A stretch of 64,000 bases of DNA from Felis catus (GCF_018350175.1 NC_058368.1:128466001-128530000), one strand, 5' to 3'. Numbered from the stretch's first letter, positions 1-12,954 are shown. The notes: generated from the sequence alone by a model not told the origin. Made by a program: numbers and translations.

Positions 1-789
1 AAGCACTAACGTAATTAACAGTGTTTAGTAAGGGTTACTCATCAAAATCAGCCATCAAAATTAACTTATTTTCTTGGAAGGCTTTCCTAATAAAGTATTT
101 TCTAAGCTTGCTTTCTTCTTTACAACAATAGTTTTGAAAAGCTAACATCTCAGAATGAATTACAATTAGTGCCATCACATTTTATTCCTTTGGATTAGAA
201 AAATAAAGGAATCACCTGGGTAATTATCACAGCTCTCCATATCTCTGGAAGGGAATATGTGCATAATGAATATAAAAACCTGCCAGAGAAACGTTTTATC
301 ATATTCCAAAGAAAAGTTGGATTGCTGTTATGCCAGAGAAGTGTACAACAGGCAAACAGGAAATTAAATACTCGATAGAGATCAGCTGTGCTCAAGTTTT
401 TGAAAGAACAGTTTAAACTGAACAGTTTCATTCTAGGAATGAAAGTCAATGCCAAACCACATTTCTGGAAGTATCTCAGCTCTTATCACTGTACTTGTCA
501 CTAAGTAGATATAGGTGTACAAGTGTTTACTAAATTCCACATGCAAGACTGAATGGAAATGCCAACTTAGGGAACACATAAGAGAGAAGAAAGTATTTGC
601 ATTTTGTAAAGCAGAAGGGGGATTAAGGTGTGGACAACGAACCCACTACAAAGTGTTCAATGTCCATAAATAGGGTAACATTGAAAAACAGGAATTTCTT
701 TTTTAAAATTTCATTATCAAAAGGAATACTTGTTTAGAAATGGAAGCCTATCAATGGACTCAAAGATACACTTTTTTAAAAAATCTGTG

Positions 790-1015
790 ATTTGTTATTT
801 ATTTATTTTTTTAACATTGATTCATTTTTTTGAGAGACAGAGAGAGAGCACAAACAGGGGAGGGGCAGAGAGAGGGGGAGACAGAGAATCCGAAGCAGGC
901 TCTAGGCTCTGAGCTGTCAGCACAGAGCCTGATGCAGGGCTTGAACTCATGAAATGTGAGATCATGACTTGAGCCGAAGTTGGACGCTTAACCGACTTAG
1001 CCACCCAGGCTCCCC
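790..1015 (-). mobile_element. Can-SINE (SINEC_Fc-type)
   Basis: Poly-T, then (GA)n, then a tRNA-derived head ending gccacccaggctcccc. TSD tcaaagatacacttt at 760-774 and 1017-1031. Confidence 0.92.
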
Positions 1016-1039
1016 TTCAAAGATACACTTTAGAAAAGG

Positions 1040-2548
1040 GCTCACCCAAAAAACTGCTAGAACTAATATACGAATTCAGCAAAGTAGCAGGATATAAAAC
1101 CAATGTACAGAAATCTATGACATTTCTATACACAAATAATGTAGCAGAAGGAGAAATCAAGGAATCGATTTCAATTACAATAGCACCAAAACCATAAAGT
1201 AACTAGAAATAAACTTAACTAAAGAGGTAAAAGATCTATACGTTGAAAACTACAGAAAGCTTATGAAAGTAATTGTAGAAGACACAAAGAACTGTAAAAA
1301 CATTCCACGCTCATGGATTGGAAGAACAAATATTGTTAAAATGTCGATACTACTCAAAGCAATCTACGTAGTCAATGCCATCCCTTTCAAAAACAACCCA
1401 ACATTCTTCACAGAGCTAGAACAAACAATTCCAAAATTTGGATGGAACAAGAAAAGGTCCCAAATAGCCAAAGTAATACTAAAAAAAAGAAAACCAAAGC
1501 TGGAGGCATCGTAATTCTGGACTTCAAGCTATATTACAAAGCTGTAATCATCAAGACGGTATGTAATGGCACAAAAACAGAAACACAGATCAAAGGAACA
1601 GAACAGAGAAGCCAGAAATGGACCTACAAATGTATGGCTGACTAATCTTTGACAATGCAGGTAAGAATATCCAATGGAAAAAAGACAGTCTCTTCAGCAA
1701 ATGGTAGTGGGAAAACTAGACGGCGACATGCAGAATGAATCTGAAACCCTTTTCTTACACCATACACAAAAATAAACTCAAAATGGATAAAAGACCTAAA
1801 TGTAAGACACAAAACCATCAAAATCCCAGAAGAGAAAACAACCTCTTTGACCTTGGCTGCAGCAACTTCTTACTAGACATGTCTCCAGAGGCAAGGGAAA
1901 CAAAAGCAAATATGAACTATTGGGACCTCATCAAGATAAAAAGCTTCTGTACAGCGAAGGAAACAATCAACAAAAGTAAAAGGCAACAGACAGAATGGGA
2001 GAAGAGATTTGCAAATGACATATCAGATAAAGGGTTAGTATCCAAAATCTATAAAGAATTTATCAAACTCAAATAATCCAGTGAAGAAATGTGCAAAAGA
2101 CACGAACACACACTTTTTGAAAGAAGATATCCAGATGGCTAACAGACATGCGCAAAGATGTTCCACATCACTCATCATCAGGGAAATACAAATCAAAACC
2201 ACAATGAGATACCACCTGACACCTGTCAGCATGGCTAAAATTAACAACTCAGGAAACAACAGATGTTGGCAAGGATGTGGAGAAAGGGGAACACTTACAC
2301 TGCTGGTGGGAATGCAAACTGGTGCAGCCACTCTGAAAAACAGTATGGAGGTTGCTCAAAAAATTAAAAATAAAACTACCCTATAACCCAGCAATTGTAC
2401 TACTAGAGGTATTTATCCAAAGGATAAAAAAATGCTAATTCGAAGGGGCACATGCACCCCAATGTTTATAGCAGCACTATCAACAACAGCCCAATTATGG
2501 AAAGAGCCCAAATATCCACCAACTAATGAATGGGTAAAGATGTGGTGT

Positions 2549-2600
<52 letters not shown>

Positions 2601-3058
2601 ATATATATATATACATACACACACCAAAATATTACTTGGCAATCAAAAAGAATGAAATCTTTCCACTTTTAACAACATAGATGGAACTAGAATGTATTAT
2701 CCTAAAGCAAAATAAGTCAGAGAGAGATAAATATCATATGATTTCACTCATATGTGGAATTTAAGAAACAAAACAGATGAACATAAGAGAAGGGAAGGAA
2801 AAATAAGATAAAAAGAGAGAGGGAGGCAAACCATAAGAGACTCTTAAATACAGAGAACAAACTGAGGATTGCTGGACGGGTGCTGAGTGGGGAGATAGGA
2901 TAAATGGGTGATGGACATTAAGGAGGACACTTGTTGGGATGAGCCTGGGTGTTCTATGTAGGTGATGAATCACTCAATTCTACTCCTGAAATCAGTATTA
3001 CACTATATGTTAACTAACTTGGATTTAAATAAATTTTTTTTAAAAATTCAAAAAAAAT
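1040..3058 (+). mobile_element. 5'-truncated carnivore L1 (ORF2 C-terminus, 3'UTR and A-tail), decayed
   Basis: Frameshifted ORF2 peptides ([50 protein letters not shown]), a carnivore-type 3'UTR and an A-rich end. Confidence 0.93.
2545..2623. repeat. (TG)n/(TA)n/(CA)n compound microsatellite within L1
   Basis: gtgtgtgt...atatat...acacac read directly. Confidence 0.95.
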
Positions 3059-4734
3059 CACTCTAGATAATCTAGGAAAAAAACTGCTCAACTCTGTTCT
3101 TCAAATAAAGTCCATTTTCTCCATTATAGAACCAATAGATATTCAATTTAGAAAAAACACAGAAGGATAAAGGTGGAGAGGGAAACCACTTTTTGTGCAC
3201 TATTTCTAAATCACTGTATTTTGAGGTACTTCCTCCCAATCTTTTTTAAATTTATATTTATTTTTCAGTGTTGTGATGTAACATTCTAGTCTCAGAGAAG
3301 AAATCTGCATAAATAAATTATAAGGGTGTGAAAGAACTTTTGCTAGCATACTTTAAAATAAAATAAATACCTATTTCTGATAATTTTGGAGTCAAACTGC
3401 TGAAAAGAGAAGATGAGCTAAATGTCCCTTGATATCATTTGAATTTCGCAATTATATATACACAAGAATTCATAACCATTTTATTAATGGATGGTATTTT
3501 TTAATTTTTGGCCAACACAAATGAAATGTCAATGAAAATCCTATTCAAAGAACTGATATGCATGTGAGAGAAAACAAAAACATATGAAGTTAAGTATAAT
3601 AATGGAGACTAAGTAATATAGCTATCCTTGATTTATGAAATGGACACAGAAGAGACTATCTTATTATAATGAGTTACATTTTTACATACATTATAAGGAA
3701 AAACAGTGACTTTCACTTTTTAAAAATCTGTGACACATAAATGCCAGTTTGGGGCAAGGAAATACTTCACATATTGGAAAATCTGATGCCCAAAGGCCAT
3801 AGTAGAGACAGCCTTCTGGCTTCTCTAGGTTCTGGTATCTCTTTCATGCCACTAGCTTATTCATACCCTCTCCTGTTACAAGATATGCAGATTTTTCCCT
3901 ATGCCTACAGACTCTAAAACTCAAAGAAGAGTTCCTCAATTGTGGTTTCTCTTTTTAGTCATACAAAGTCAGAATGCATAATAGAGGTGAGCTATTTGCA
4001 GAAATTTTAAAGTATTATCTAACTCGAAGACTTCTTAAATTTAATAAACTCACGTAAATAAATCTCCCAACCAATTTTTGCTAATACGTGTATATCCTTG
4101 GGGGGTAAAATTACTCAATCTGTTTTTTCCGATTCTAGATGTTCAGAAGCATAAAATGAAAACGAAAGGAACAAGAATCTGTTTGCCAAGCTTTTGTTTT
4201 AAAGTACTTTTAACTTCAAAAAATATCAAAATAATATCCTTTAATATGGTGGGATGTTTAACAAAGTTTAGACAACCACAATTTGACACATCTTTACAGA
4301 ATTGGTAGGGGATGAAATGTGAATGCAAAAAAGACTAGAACTTGAGATCAACATTCTAACTTCCTGGAAACAATTAGGAGTATTTATCTATATATCTATG
4401 AAATTAAAGCTTGTACCATTTTTTTTTGTTTTTATTTAGTTAATGACATTTAAAAGAACTATCTGGGGAAAGAGTAAAACCCAAACAAAACAACTAAAGG
4501 ATATGAGTAGAAGACTATACCTAAAAGTCATGTGTATCTAAAGAGGGGAGGGTGGAGGAGGGATCTAGGTTAAAAGTTTATGTTTCAGGTTATAATGAAA
4601 GTCAGAAGTTTGACCAAATTAATTCTTTGATGTTTTGAGTTTCTTCTAAATCACATTTCAGGACAGAATTTGTGTTTACAATATACAAAAATGTAATTGC
4701 TCATTACACATGATCCCGAACCTCCCTTGGCTAC

Positions 4735-4840
4735 CTGCAGCAAATTTGACTCCAAACCACCAGGTCCATGGCATGATGGTATGATGGAAGACATGCAGGA
4801 AAGTCACTTGGCTATTTTTCTTACGCAGAACAAAAAAGAT
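4735..4840 (-). CDS. ELOVL7: ELOVL7 coding exon 5 (106 nt): IFFVLRKKNSQVTFLHVFHHTIMPWTWWFGVKFAA + G
   Basis: Acceptor ttatttcAG|ATC and donor CAG|GTAGCC (phase 1). Contains the catalytic HxxHH histidine box (HVFHH). Confidence 0.97.
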
Positions 4841-5861
4841 CTGAAATAATTTTAAAAAAATCAAGTTCATATAAAATCATGCAATGATATATCTACTGTT
4901 ACAAAAATATTGGCAAAGTACAAACTATTTCCCATCATCACTTGCACTGAAAGGGCTGCCTTAGAGAATGCTCACAGAAGCAGCTGATTCTCCAAGGGGT
5001 AGCTCAAAAGCTCATTAGTATGAAGGAACTTTGTTATGATGCCTAGTCATGGGAGAATCAATAAAAAGGTGTTAAAGAAATTGAGTGCAGATTTTAAAAT
5101 CAAAAATGGAAAGTGAAGAACATGGCCAAAGAATATTGAAAGAATTATTATTGGCAGGAAAACATCCATGTGGATTTTGAAGTACATGGGAAAGCAGAGA
5201 GTCTCAATCCTTAAGACACATCCTACTAATTTAGATAAGGGATTAAGCAAACTGAAAGAGGACTTGCAACAAATCAAAAGTTAGCATATTATTAGTAGAT
5301 AAAGATGAAAAGGGAAAAACTTGAGGGTTTTTATAGAAACAGGATGGAGAAAAAAAAAAGTAGCCTAGGAAAAATGAGAAGAGCAGCAAAGGCACCATCC
5401 AGATTGAATGCACCCGCGGTTTGCAGAAACTCTACAAACAAAGAGGAGAAAAGGCAGGCAAAAGCAGGGGGAAATTTAAATTCGAGAGCAGAATTAAATG
5501 TTCAAAAAATACTGAAAATTCAGAATACCAGTATTGAGTCAGACTTCTAAATACAGACTAAACAGAGCAGCACAAAAAAAGTATCCATAGTAGTATTTGA
5601 AAAATGTGGTTCAGGGAAGAACACAGAGGCACCAACAGTTTTTTTTGTGGAACGTGGAACTGAGAACATGCAAAGCAGAAAAAATGAGGCCGAGAAGCAT
5701 TTGCTTATTATGCACATGGAAGAAGGCAGCATGGTGCAACGGAAAAGCCCCAAACCAGCTATCTGGGACCCTGACCCCAGACAGTAGCAGGATTCCTCTG
5801 GGGAAATTACTTACCTTCCTGGCTTCAATTTACTTTCAGATTGAGGGCTCTGAACCAGATT

Positions 5862-5979
5862 AGTGGTTCTCAACCCTGGCTGTATATGCCAATGTCCAAG
5901 AAGCTTTTCAAAAACACCATGCCTGGTTTCTAACTATAGACCATCTGGCACCAAATCTCTGGAGGTGGGACCCAGGTTT

Positions 5980-6021
<42 letters not shown>

Positions 6022-6269
6022 TCTAATGCAGTTAATCATCTTGCCTCAGCCTCATGAAGGCTGAGAACCAGTGAACTACAGTAGAGGTCTCAAAGTGTGG
6101 ACCCTAGGCCAACAGCAATAACATCACCTGAGTACTTAAAAGAAATGCAATTCTTGAGGCCAACATAGGACCTAGCAAATCAGAAACTCTAGGGGTGGGG
6201 TGCAGGCATCTGTGTTTTTAACAAGCCCTCTAGGCAATTCTAATGCATGCCCAAGTTTGAGAACTACTG
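5862..6269. mobile_element. Two adjacent MER5-type hAT-Charlie MITEs (about 5862-6072 and 6080-6269); the first contains a (TTG)n run at about 5978-6020
   Basis: Termini agtggttctcaa...tgagaaccagtg and gtctcaaagtgtgg...aagtttgagaactactg, with the typical internal aatcagaaactct...ctgtgttttaacaagccct. Confidence 0.75.
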
Positions 6270-7134
6270 TATGCTATGCTCACTAAAGTCCTTTCCAATT
6301 CCAACATTATGTGATTGTTCAGGTGAGAAGGTGAAGCATGTTGAGATTTGCTACAAGAAACATATTTGTATGTACTCTGAAGATAGAACACACTTGTCTG
6401 TCTTAGACAGACAGAACTGGTTCCAGATAACTAAGACCCACATATCCCAAAGATATGATAAATATCCAGCTTTCCTAAGCTACTCTGAAAACAGAAGTAC
6501 ACAGCATTCTCCTCTCATCATGGACCCTACTCCATGGCACTTGCTTCTCCCAGAGCCCAGTCATCCAAATTCAGAGCTGATCTTCAAAGGATCTTATGTG
6601 GGAAGAGAGAACACCTAGTAAGCATGAACTTCAGAACGGCAGCTGGAGATAGTTTTGATATTACCAAAATTACTGATACCCCAGGGATGATATACTAATT
6701 TATGTTTAAGAATTATGAAGCATTTATCCTCTTAAAGGAATATGGATGACAGAGTGCTTTGCTTTACACTGGCAGAACCCAAGGTAAAATGTTTTCTGCT
6801 CTTTGATTCCTGAGCTTGCTTCCCAAAACACCTGTCATCCATCTCCATAAAGATACACAGTTTTGCAATGTATATGACAGTTACGTGCTTATCCTAATCA
6901 GGCAGTAGATACATAAAAAAACCTTTTGGAGTTTGCAAAAGACCAGAAAAAAAAAAAAAAAAAGCTTATCCTATCTATTCTCTAAAATTACTGATAACAA
7001 AAGGTAAGAGATAATAGGAGTTCTGCCTGAAGTACAGAGATAACCAAAGTTATCAGACAACAACTGAACTCTAGCAGTTTATTGCTTCCATTGAGACATC
7101 AAACATTTACCAAATGTGGTGACCACATACTCAC

Positions 7135-7191
7135 AGTATCTAATAGCTCAATAAATTTGGAGAAGTAATAAAGCCAACAGGTGCGTACCAT
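7135..7191 (-). CDS. ELOVL7: ELOVL7 coding exon 4 (57 nt): MVRTCWLYYFSKFIELLDT
   Basis: Acceptor tctctgcAG|ATG and donor ACT|GTGAGT. Contains the ELO-family KxxExxDT motif. Confidence 0.96.
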
Positions 7192-7242
7192 CTGCAGAGA
7201 CACACAAAGATACAAATTTATCTTATTTTTATACAGAGGAAA

Positions 7243-7812
7243 ATTTTATTTTTTTAATTTGGCAAAATACACATAACCAAATTTACCATCTTAACCATTT
7301 TTAAGTGTTCAGCTTGGTGGCAGTTAGTACATTCACTTTGTTGCTCAACCAATACCACCATCCATCCAGAGAATTCTTTTCATCTTGCAAAACTGAGACT
7401 CTGTACCTGTTAATAAGTAAGATCTCCCCTCCCACCCATGGGTCCAGAAAACTACCATTTTACTTTCTGTCTCTGAATTGGACTACTCTAGGCACCACAT
7501 GTAATAGAATCATAAGGTATTTATCCTTCCGTGCCTTGATTATTTCACTTAGCATAATGCCCTCAAGGCTCATCCATGTTACAGCATGTGTCAGAATTTC
7601 CATCTTTGCTAAGGCTGAATAATATCCCATTGTATGTATATGCCATGTTTTCTTTGTCCATTCATCTGTCCGTGGACATGTTAATAATGCTGCTATGAAC
7701 AGGGGAGTACAGATACCTGAGTCCCTGTGTTCAATTCTTTTAGGTATACACCCAGAAATGGAATTGCCAGATCATATGGGAATTATATTTTTACTTTTTT
7801 TGAGGAACCAGA
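7243..7812 (-). mobile_element. Old L1M (L1MA/MB-like) 3' end fragment starting about 50 nt upstream of the exon 7135-7191 acceptor
   Basis: aaaatacacataac...atttcacttagcataatg...cccagaaatggaattgc...tttgaggaacc, typical of an L1 3' end in reverse. Confidence 0.8.
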
Positions 7813-8052
7813 TATGAATTTGTTTTTAAGTCCAGGAAGTTAAAAAACAAAAGTACCAATTTTCATTACACAGAAAACTACACACCTGATTTCATTTGAT
7901 TCTTTCTGATAACTTTTAGTTTTCTCTCAATACATATAATCTGATAGATGAGTCATTTACTTCTTCTGAGTTCATACTAAGTGTTAAAAAATAGAATCTC
8001 AGAAGTTTTAACATTTAATTTGAGTTACAAGATATTCCAAAGAGAAACTTAC

Positions 8053-8133
8053 CCTCAGTGCTAAAGGTGACTGTGAGTAGTCAACAATTTCACATCGAAA
8101 TGAATAACCTGTACCCCAGCCAGACATCACAAA
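8053..8133 (-). CDS. ELOVL7: ELOVL7 coding exon 3 (81 nt): FVMSGWGTGYSFRCEIVDYSQSPLALR
   Basis: Acceptor ctctcttacAG|TTT and donor AGG|GTAAGT. 27 codons, phase 0-0, continuing the ELOVL7 sequence. Confidence 0.95.
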
Positions 8134-9015
8134 CTGTAAGAGAGCACATGCATATTAAAGAAGGAAGCATTTGCTCAACAGCTATAATGAAGGTAGTTTT
8201 GATTGTGCCTCCTCACCACATTCTCAGCTGAGCCAGCATTCAGGTCAGTGGGAAAGCCAGGCTAGAACAGTTAGAACTAGCAACTCAATTGATAGTCAAA
8301 GCAACAAGAATTTTCAAAATTGTACAGTCATCTATTATTTCTATCAACTGTGTTCATATTCAAGTGTCCATTTCTTAGGATGATTATTCTGATATGGTGG
8401 AGAATAAAACATTGGGAGTGTTTTGCCTCAACAGCAAATACTGGTAGGTATATGTCAGTATATGTACATGTGTGTACATCTATATATGCCCATTAGTATA
8501 TTTGTGTACTCTGAAGGGAATAAGTGGGTCTGAAAACAGTCCTTTCTGGTGATTTCCAGTCTTCTCAATTAGTCAATAAAATACATAGGCAAACCAAGAT
8601 TCCTCACGGTACTCATAAGAGGGTTGCCATAACTGCATTTTCCTGTTCTTTACTAGTGGGTATAATGTGACGGGGTAGTCTGTGGGTCTTAAAATCAAGA
8701 TTGATGAAACACAAGACTCAGAGATCAGTTCATCTTTGGATTCACATAACAAGTAAGAGAGGAAAATGTTATCAGTAAGAGTGCAATTTGGCATGCCTTA
8801 ATTCCAGCACACCCACTAAGGAATCATAGACTAGTGGTGGGAAGAAAAAGCCTATTGTTGTTATCTGAACCTCAATTCAAAGATTTATATGGACATTCTT
8901 TTAGTATGATGGTGGGAAGTTCTTTTAAAACACTATCTGATTCAAATAAAAACTTAATAAAATTTTAAAAAATGAAACAGTATCTGAAAATGAAAAGCTA
9001 AGGGCTCTAGTTTTA

Positions 9016-9099
9016 TTTTATTTTTTTTCTAGTATGTTTTTTTTTAATATATGAAATTTATTGTCAAATTGGTTTCCATACAACACCCAGTGCTCATCC
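9016..9099 (-). mobile_element. Very short 5'-truncated felid L1 3' end with TSD
   Basis: Reverse complement is ggatgagcactgggtgttgtatggaaaccaatttgacaataaatttcatatatt plus A-tail. TSD aagggctcta(g/a)tttta at 9000-9015 and 9100-9115. Confidence 0.85.
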
Positions 9100-10414
9100 A
9101 AGGGCTCTAATTTTAAATTAATGCACATATAAATGGTTGGCTTAACTTAGTATCCTCACAATATGATCAGCTCATCTCTGACATCCTATTCTCTCAAGTG
9201 CCAGCATCTTCTTCTTCAGTATAATAAATGCCTTCTTTTTCAGTATAATGGTTACATCATTTTCTGCCATTAACGCACATTTTAAATTTCTACTTTTAGT
9301 TACTATTAAAGCTAAAATGAAAACTTTATCATAAATTAATTTTTAAAGGCAAAAGTTTATGAGGCATTAGCAGAATGATATTTTAATGGTGAAAAACAAA
9401 AAGAAACAAAGGAGCTAAAACAACTGTTTAGATTGTGGTTTTCAAAATCATACCATCCTTTTCTGATATCAACTCCGAGCTTAATTCATAAGATATTTAA
9501 TCTCACTCTTAACTTGGTCAATTACGAAATCTTAAAAAAAGATTATCTTAAGATTCACAAAAGTATACGACATATTTTAAGAGTGAGAAAAATAACTTAC
9601 AAAAACAAGTCAATAAGTTTTTCCTCAAGGGAACAATGGAATGTGGTGGAAAAACAGCTACTTCTGTTGTACAAAATTCTGATCTGTCAGTGAGTGTCAT
9701 ATTCTCTTCCATTCAGACTATCTTCTAACTGATGCAAGTAAAACTGAAAGTCCACTTACTTAATGGGGATGCTGGCTCTCCACCATACCCTACCCCAAAT
9801 AAACACTGAGCTGGACAAGAGAAACCCTGTGACATGGGCTCCTGGGTGGTCTTCACCAGTGTCTCTCTATTAATGTCTGACTGGTGCCAAGTAATTAGCA
9901 CATTCAAAACCATCACTACACGATAAGACACGTGGGATCCTTTAGTCTGGTGTACTTCCCTTTCACCTTGTTCATATTTTCCCTAACATCCCTAGTGGAG
10001 GTGTTTCCTCTGTAGACCTAATGCAATTGTGCTACACCCAGTAAACCATGTGTTTGGTGTTCTGGAGATGACATCCTGACCAGCTGTCAAAAGTCTTTGT
10101 TTAAAGACAGAGTGAAGCCTAACGCCTTCCTGATATTAAGATTAAGAACATTTTAACAGTCTACAAAACTTCTGACATATATGTCTATATTTCAGGCAAT
10201 TAAGAAGAACGAGTGATAATGTTCATTTGGCAGGTAATAAACCCCAAAATTGGCACATAAGTAACTCTAGTATGAGTGATTAATGGGAGATAGAAACTGC
10301 CAAATTCAGATATTTTCAAAACTTCTTTTACATTGCAATTGCTAAAACAGGAAACCAAACTTACTGGCTATAATTTAATTACTTCCTGAGAAATGTATTT
10401 GGGGATATCACACT

Positions 10415-10610
10415 GAATGGCACAATCAGACACAGAGCATAAAGGGACCTGAGAGACAATCTGGTTTAATCCTGACTCTATAAAACAGGAGAACTAAGGC
10501 CCGGAGAGGTTAAGTAACTTGCCCAAAATGAGGCAGATGGTTAGGAGCATAACCGGTACTAACTGGTCCCTGGTCTCCTGGCTACTAGGTCACTCTCTTA
10601 TAGGCTCTAC
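10415..10610. mobile_element. MIR fragment
   Basis: ggagaactaaggcccggagaggttaagtaacttgcccaa (MIR core). Confidence 0.7.
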
Positions 10611-11264
10611 AGGTTATTTCCTATCTCTCATAACCTGGTTAGACCACCTCTATTACTCTTTCCCTTTCAGTTATTCATGATCCGGAAGGGACAGTAAGGT
10701 AGCTTGTAGTTAATTTTGGTAATAAAGTAGAAGAAATAGAAGGTAGCAAGGTAAGTCCAGACTGCAGGGAGGCCGGTAATGAGGCTCCAGCAGATTTAAG
10801 GTGACTCAATCAGGTGGATTCGCAGCAGGAATCAGGTAGGAGGGATGCATGTGCAGAGGTCATGGTGTCAAGAGGGGCCAGAGGGGTCATGGTGGGCCCT
10901 AGAGAGTTCCAGTTCTGTGGAAGCATAGGCTATGCTGCAAAGAAGTAACTAAGGAGTAGAGGACGAGGGAGACCGCCAGTATTAGAAAAGAAGCAAGGAA
11001 ATCACAGAAAAGCAGGTAAGTGAGGCTGGGTGAAGGTTGTTAATAGCAGAGTGGGTGAGAGAGAAACCATGAGTCTACTCTTGGGTCCTGGAAGATCCTC
11101 ATCTCTCTTATTAACAAAGTAACAATTAAGGGACAGACTCCCTCAGGTACTGCTTTGTAGGAGTCTAAATTCCCTGTCCCTACAAGGCCCATCTAAATCA
11201 AACCTAAACAGTCTACCATCTTACAGCTCATCAGAGCTTCCTACCATGGTGATGGTAACTCATT

Positions 11265-11400
11265 ACAGAGTCAGGATGAGCTCCTGATGTCAGACAGACC
11301 TGGATTCAAATATTGGTCCTCCACTAATACTACAGTAGCTATGCTTTGAGTAAGTTACTTAATTTCTCCATGTATGAGTTTCCTGAAAACTAACACGTAT
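11265..11400. mobile_element. MIR fragment
   Basis: gtcagacagacctggattcaaat...gagtaagttacttaatttctc. Confidence 0.65.
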
Positions 11401-11677
11401 GGATTCATTCAATCATCTATTAAGACTAAGTATGTGCAAGTCCCCAAACTTAATGTTAATTTTTCTCACTACTTGTGAGGTAGAGTATATTGAGATCCTC
11501 TATACCCAGTCTATACATAACAATTTTTTTTGGCAAATACCTGCTCTAGTGAGCTAAATTTCTAAAATTCCTTAAATCTCAAAGAGTCATCACTATAATT
11601 ATAACAAGACATATAATGACAGAAAAACAGGAAGACTCAGGCAAAATTCTCCCATTAGGAATACTGAAGACACTTGC

Positions 11678-11868
11678 CTCATAACACATATACATAGAAA
11701 ACAGCACTATGGAAAAATTGTACGTTATCATCACTTTCTTGAGTTCAAAGGGTTTTCGATTCTCCATGAGCTTTGGTCCTAGAGAAGTGACAAAATAGAC
11801 ATAGAATCCCAGGATGATGGTTTGTGGCAGAGGTGAGGACATGAGGAGCCAATCTTCAACTCTTGGAT
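11678..11868 (-). CDS. ELOVL7: ELOVL7 coding exon 2 (191 nt): (D)PRVEDWLLMSSPLPQTIILGFYVYFVTSLGPKLMENRKPFELKKVMITYNFSIVLFSMYMCYE
   Basis: Acceptor ttttgtttttAG|AT at 11870-11869 completes GAT with the previous exon. Ends GAG|GCAAGT (GC donor, phase 0). Contained in ORF 11579..11893. Confidence 0.95.
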
Positions 11869-12019
11869 CTAAAAACAAAATGTAAGTGCACATTCATTGA
11901 GCCAAGAAATAACTGACAGCAACCAGCATTTCTTAAACAAGCACCTAGATCCTAATGTTGACAGCAGACTATTTGGTCAATGATCACTACTGTCTTTGGA
12001 GGCCTAAGAGTAAGGGCTA

Positions 12020-12410
12020 GGAGTAGGGCTCCTACTGAAGAGTGAAAAGAGTAGGGCTGTTACCACCACAGGCCTCAAAGGGCAAAGGGAGGCAGGTAGT
12101 GGTTACCAGAACCCAGGAGTCAAATGGACAAGCCCTCCAGGAGAGGAGCTGTGACCTTCAGTGGAGGGAATGGGCCAGCATAAGGCAACTATGGAAGTGA
12201 CTGGGGAATTAACATCTCAATACCACTCTCCTCTCTCTCTCTTTCTAGTTTCCTGGGGTTCTCCATTGGTTGAAACCAACCAGAACCAGATGGTAGGAGA
12301 GTAAGCCTGTGGATATAGTCTACTGTGTTCCTCACGGTCCAGCACAGGATACAGAGTAGATCTGGGGAACAGAGGACATGCAGCAAAGTTCCACCATCCA
12401 TCTATAACCA
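12020..12410. mobile_element. Old LTR-like fragment (ERVL/MaLR class, family uncertain)
   Basis: ccattggttgaaaccaaccagaaccaga...gcctgtggatatagtc resembles old mammalian LTR consensus sequences from memory. Confidence 0.4.
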
Positions 12411-12732
12411 CTAGCAACATTTTAGAGTTTCTCCACCCAGATATTCTTTTATATATAAAAATATGTTTGTGTTTGCTGTTTCTTGACTTTCTTCTTTCCC
12501 CAAGGAAACTGGGACACTTCCATATATTCCGTATCACAAAATCAGAGAACTGAAAGGGACCTTAGCATTATCTACTTAAAGGGTGGGTCTAGGTGTCCAA
12601 AATAGGCTAACTAACCTGACATTTGGGGGGGGGGGGGACTATATTGGCCTCATAACCATGTAAAGAGAAATTCACCTGGTCACTGCTCATTCTAGACCAG
12701 GAGAATTAGATCAGTTAAAAATTGCAACTTGA

Positions 12733-12935
12733 GGGGCACCTGGTGTCTCAATCAGTTAGGCATCAGACTCCTGACTTTGGCTCAGGTCATAATCTCACAG
12801 TTTCTAAGATCGAGCCCCACACTGGGCTCTATGCTGACAGCATGGAGCCTGCCTGGGATTCTCTCTCTCCCTCTCTCTTTGCCCTTCTCCTACTCATGTG
12901 CTCTCTCTCTCTCAAAATAAATAAACATTTTTTTA
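12733..12935 (+). mobile_element. Can-SINE
   Basis: ggggcacctggtgtctca head, CT-rich tract, aaaataaataaacat tail. Confidence 0.9.
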
Positions 12936-12954
12936 AAACACTGCAACTGAAGAT

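Noticed and set aside
1263..2680. ORFs resembling reverse-transcriptase polyprotein segments
   Set aside because: These are frameshifted remnants of L1 ORF2 in a 5'-truncated copy and are non-functional.
1..4734. Remaining ELOVL7 coding exons (GGLGTFHA... onward)
   Set aside because: No matching minus-strand sequence was found. gccaaaccac at about 451 matches only briefly and does not extend.
11579..11893. ORF as a standalone 104-aa protein
   Set aside because: Only 11678-11868 is exon; the flanks are intronic read-through. The same applies to ORF 4676..4870.
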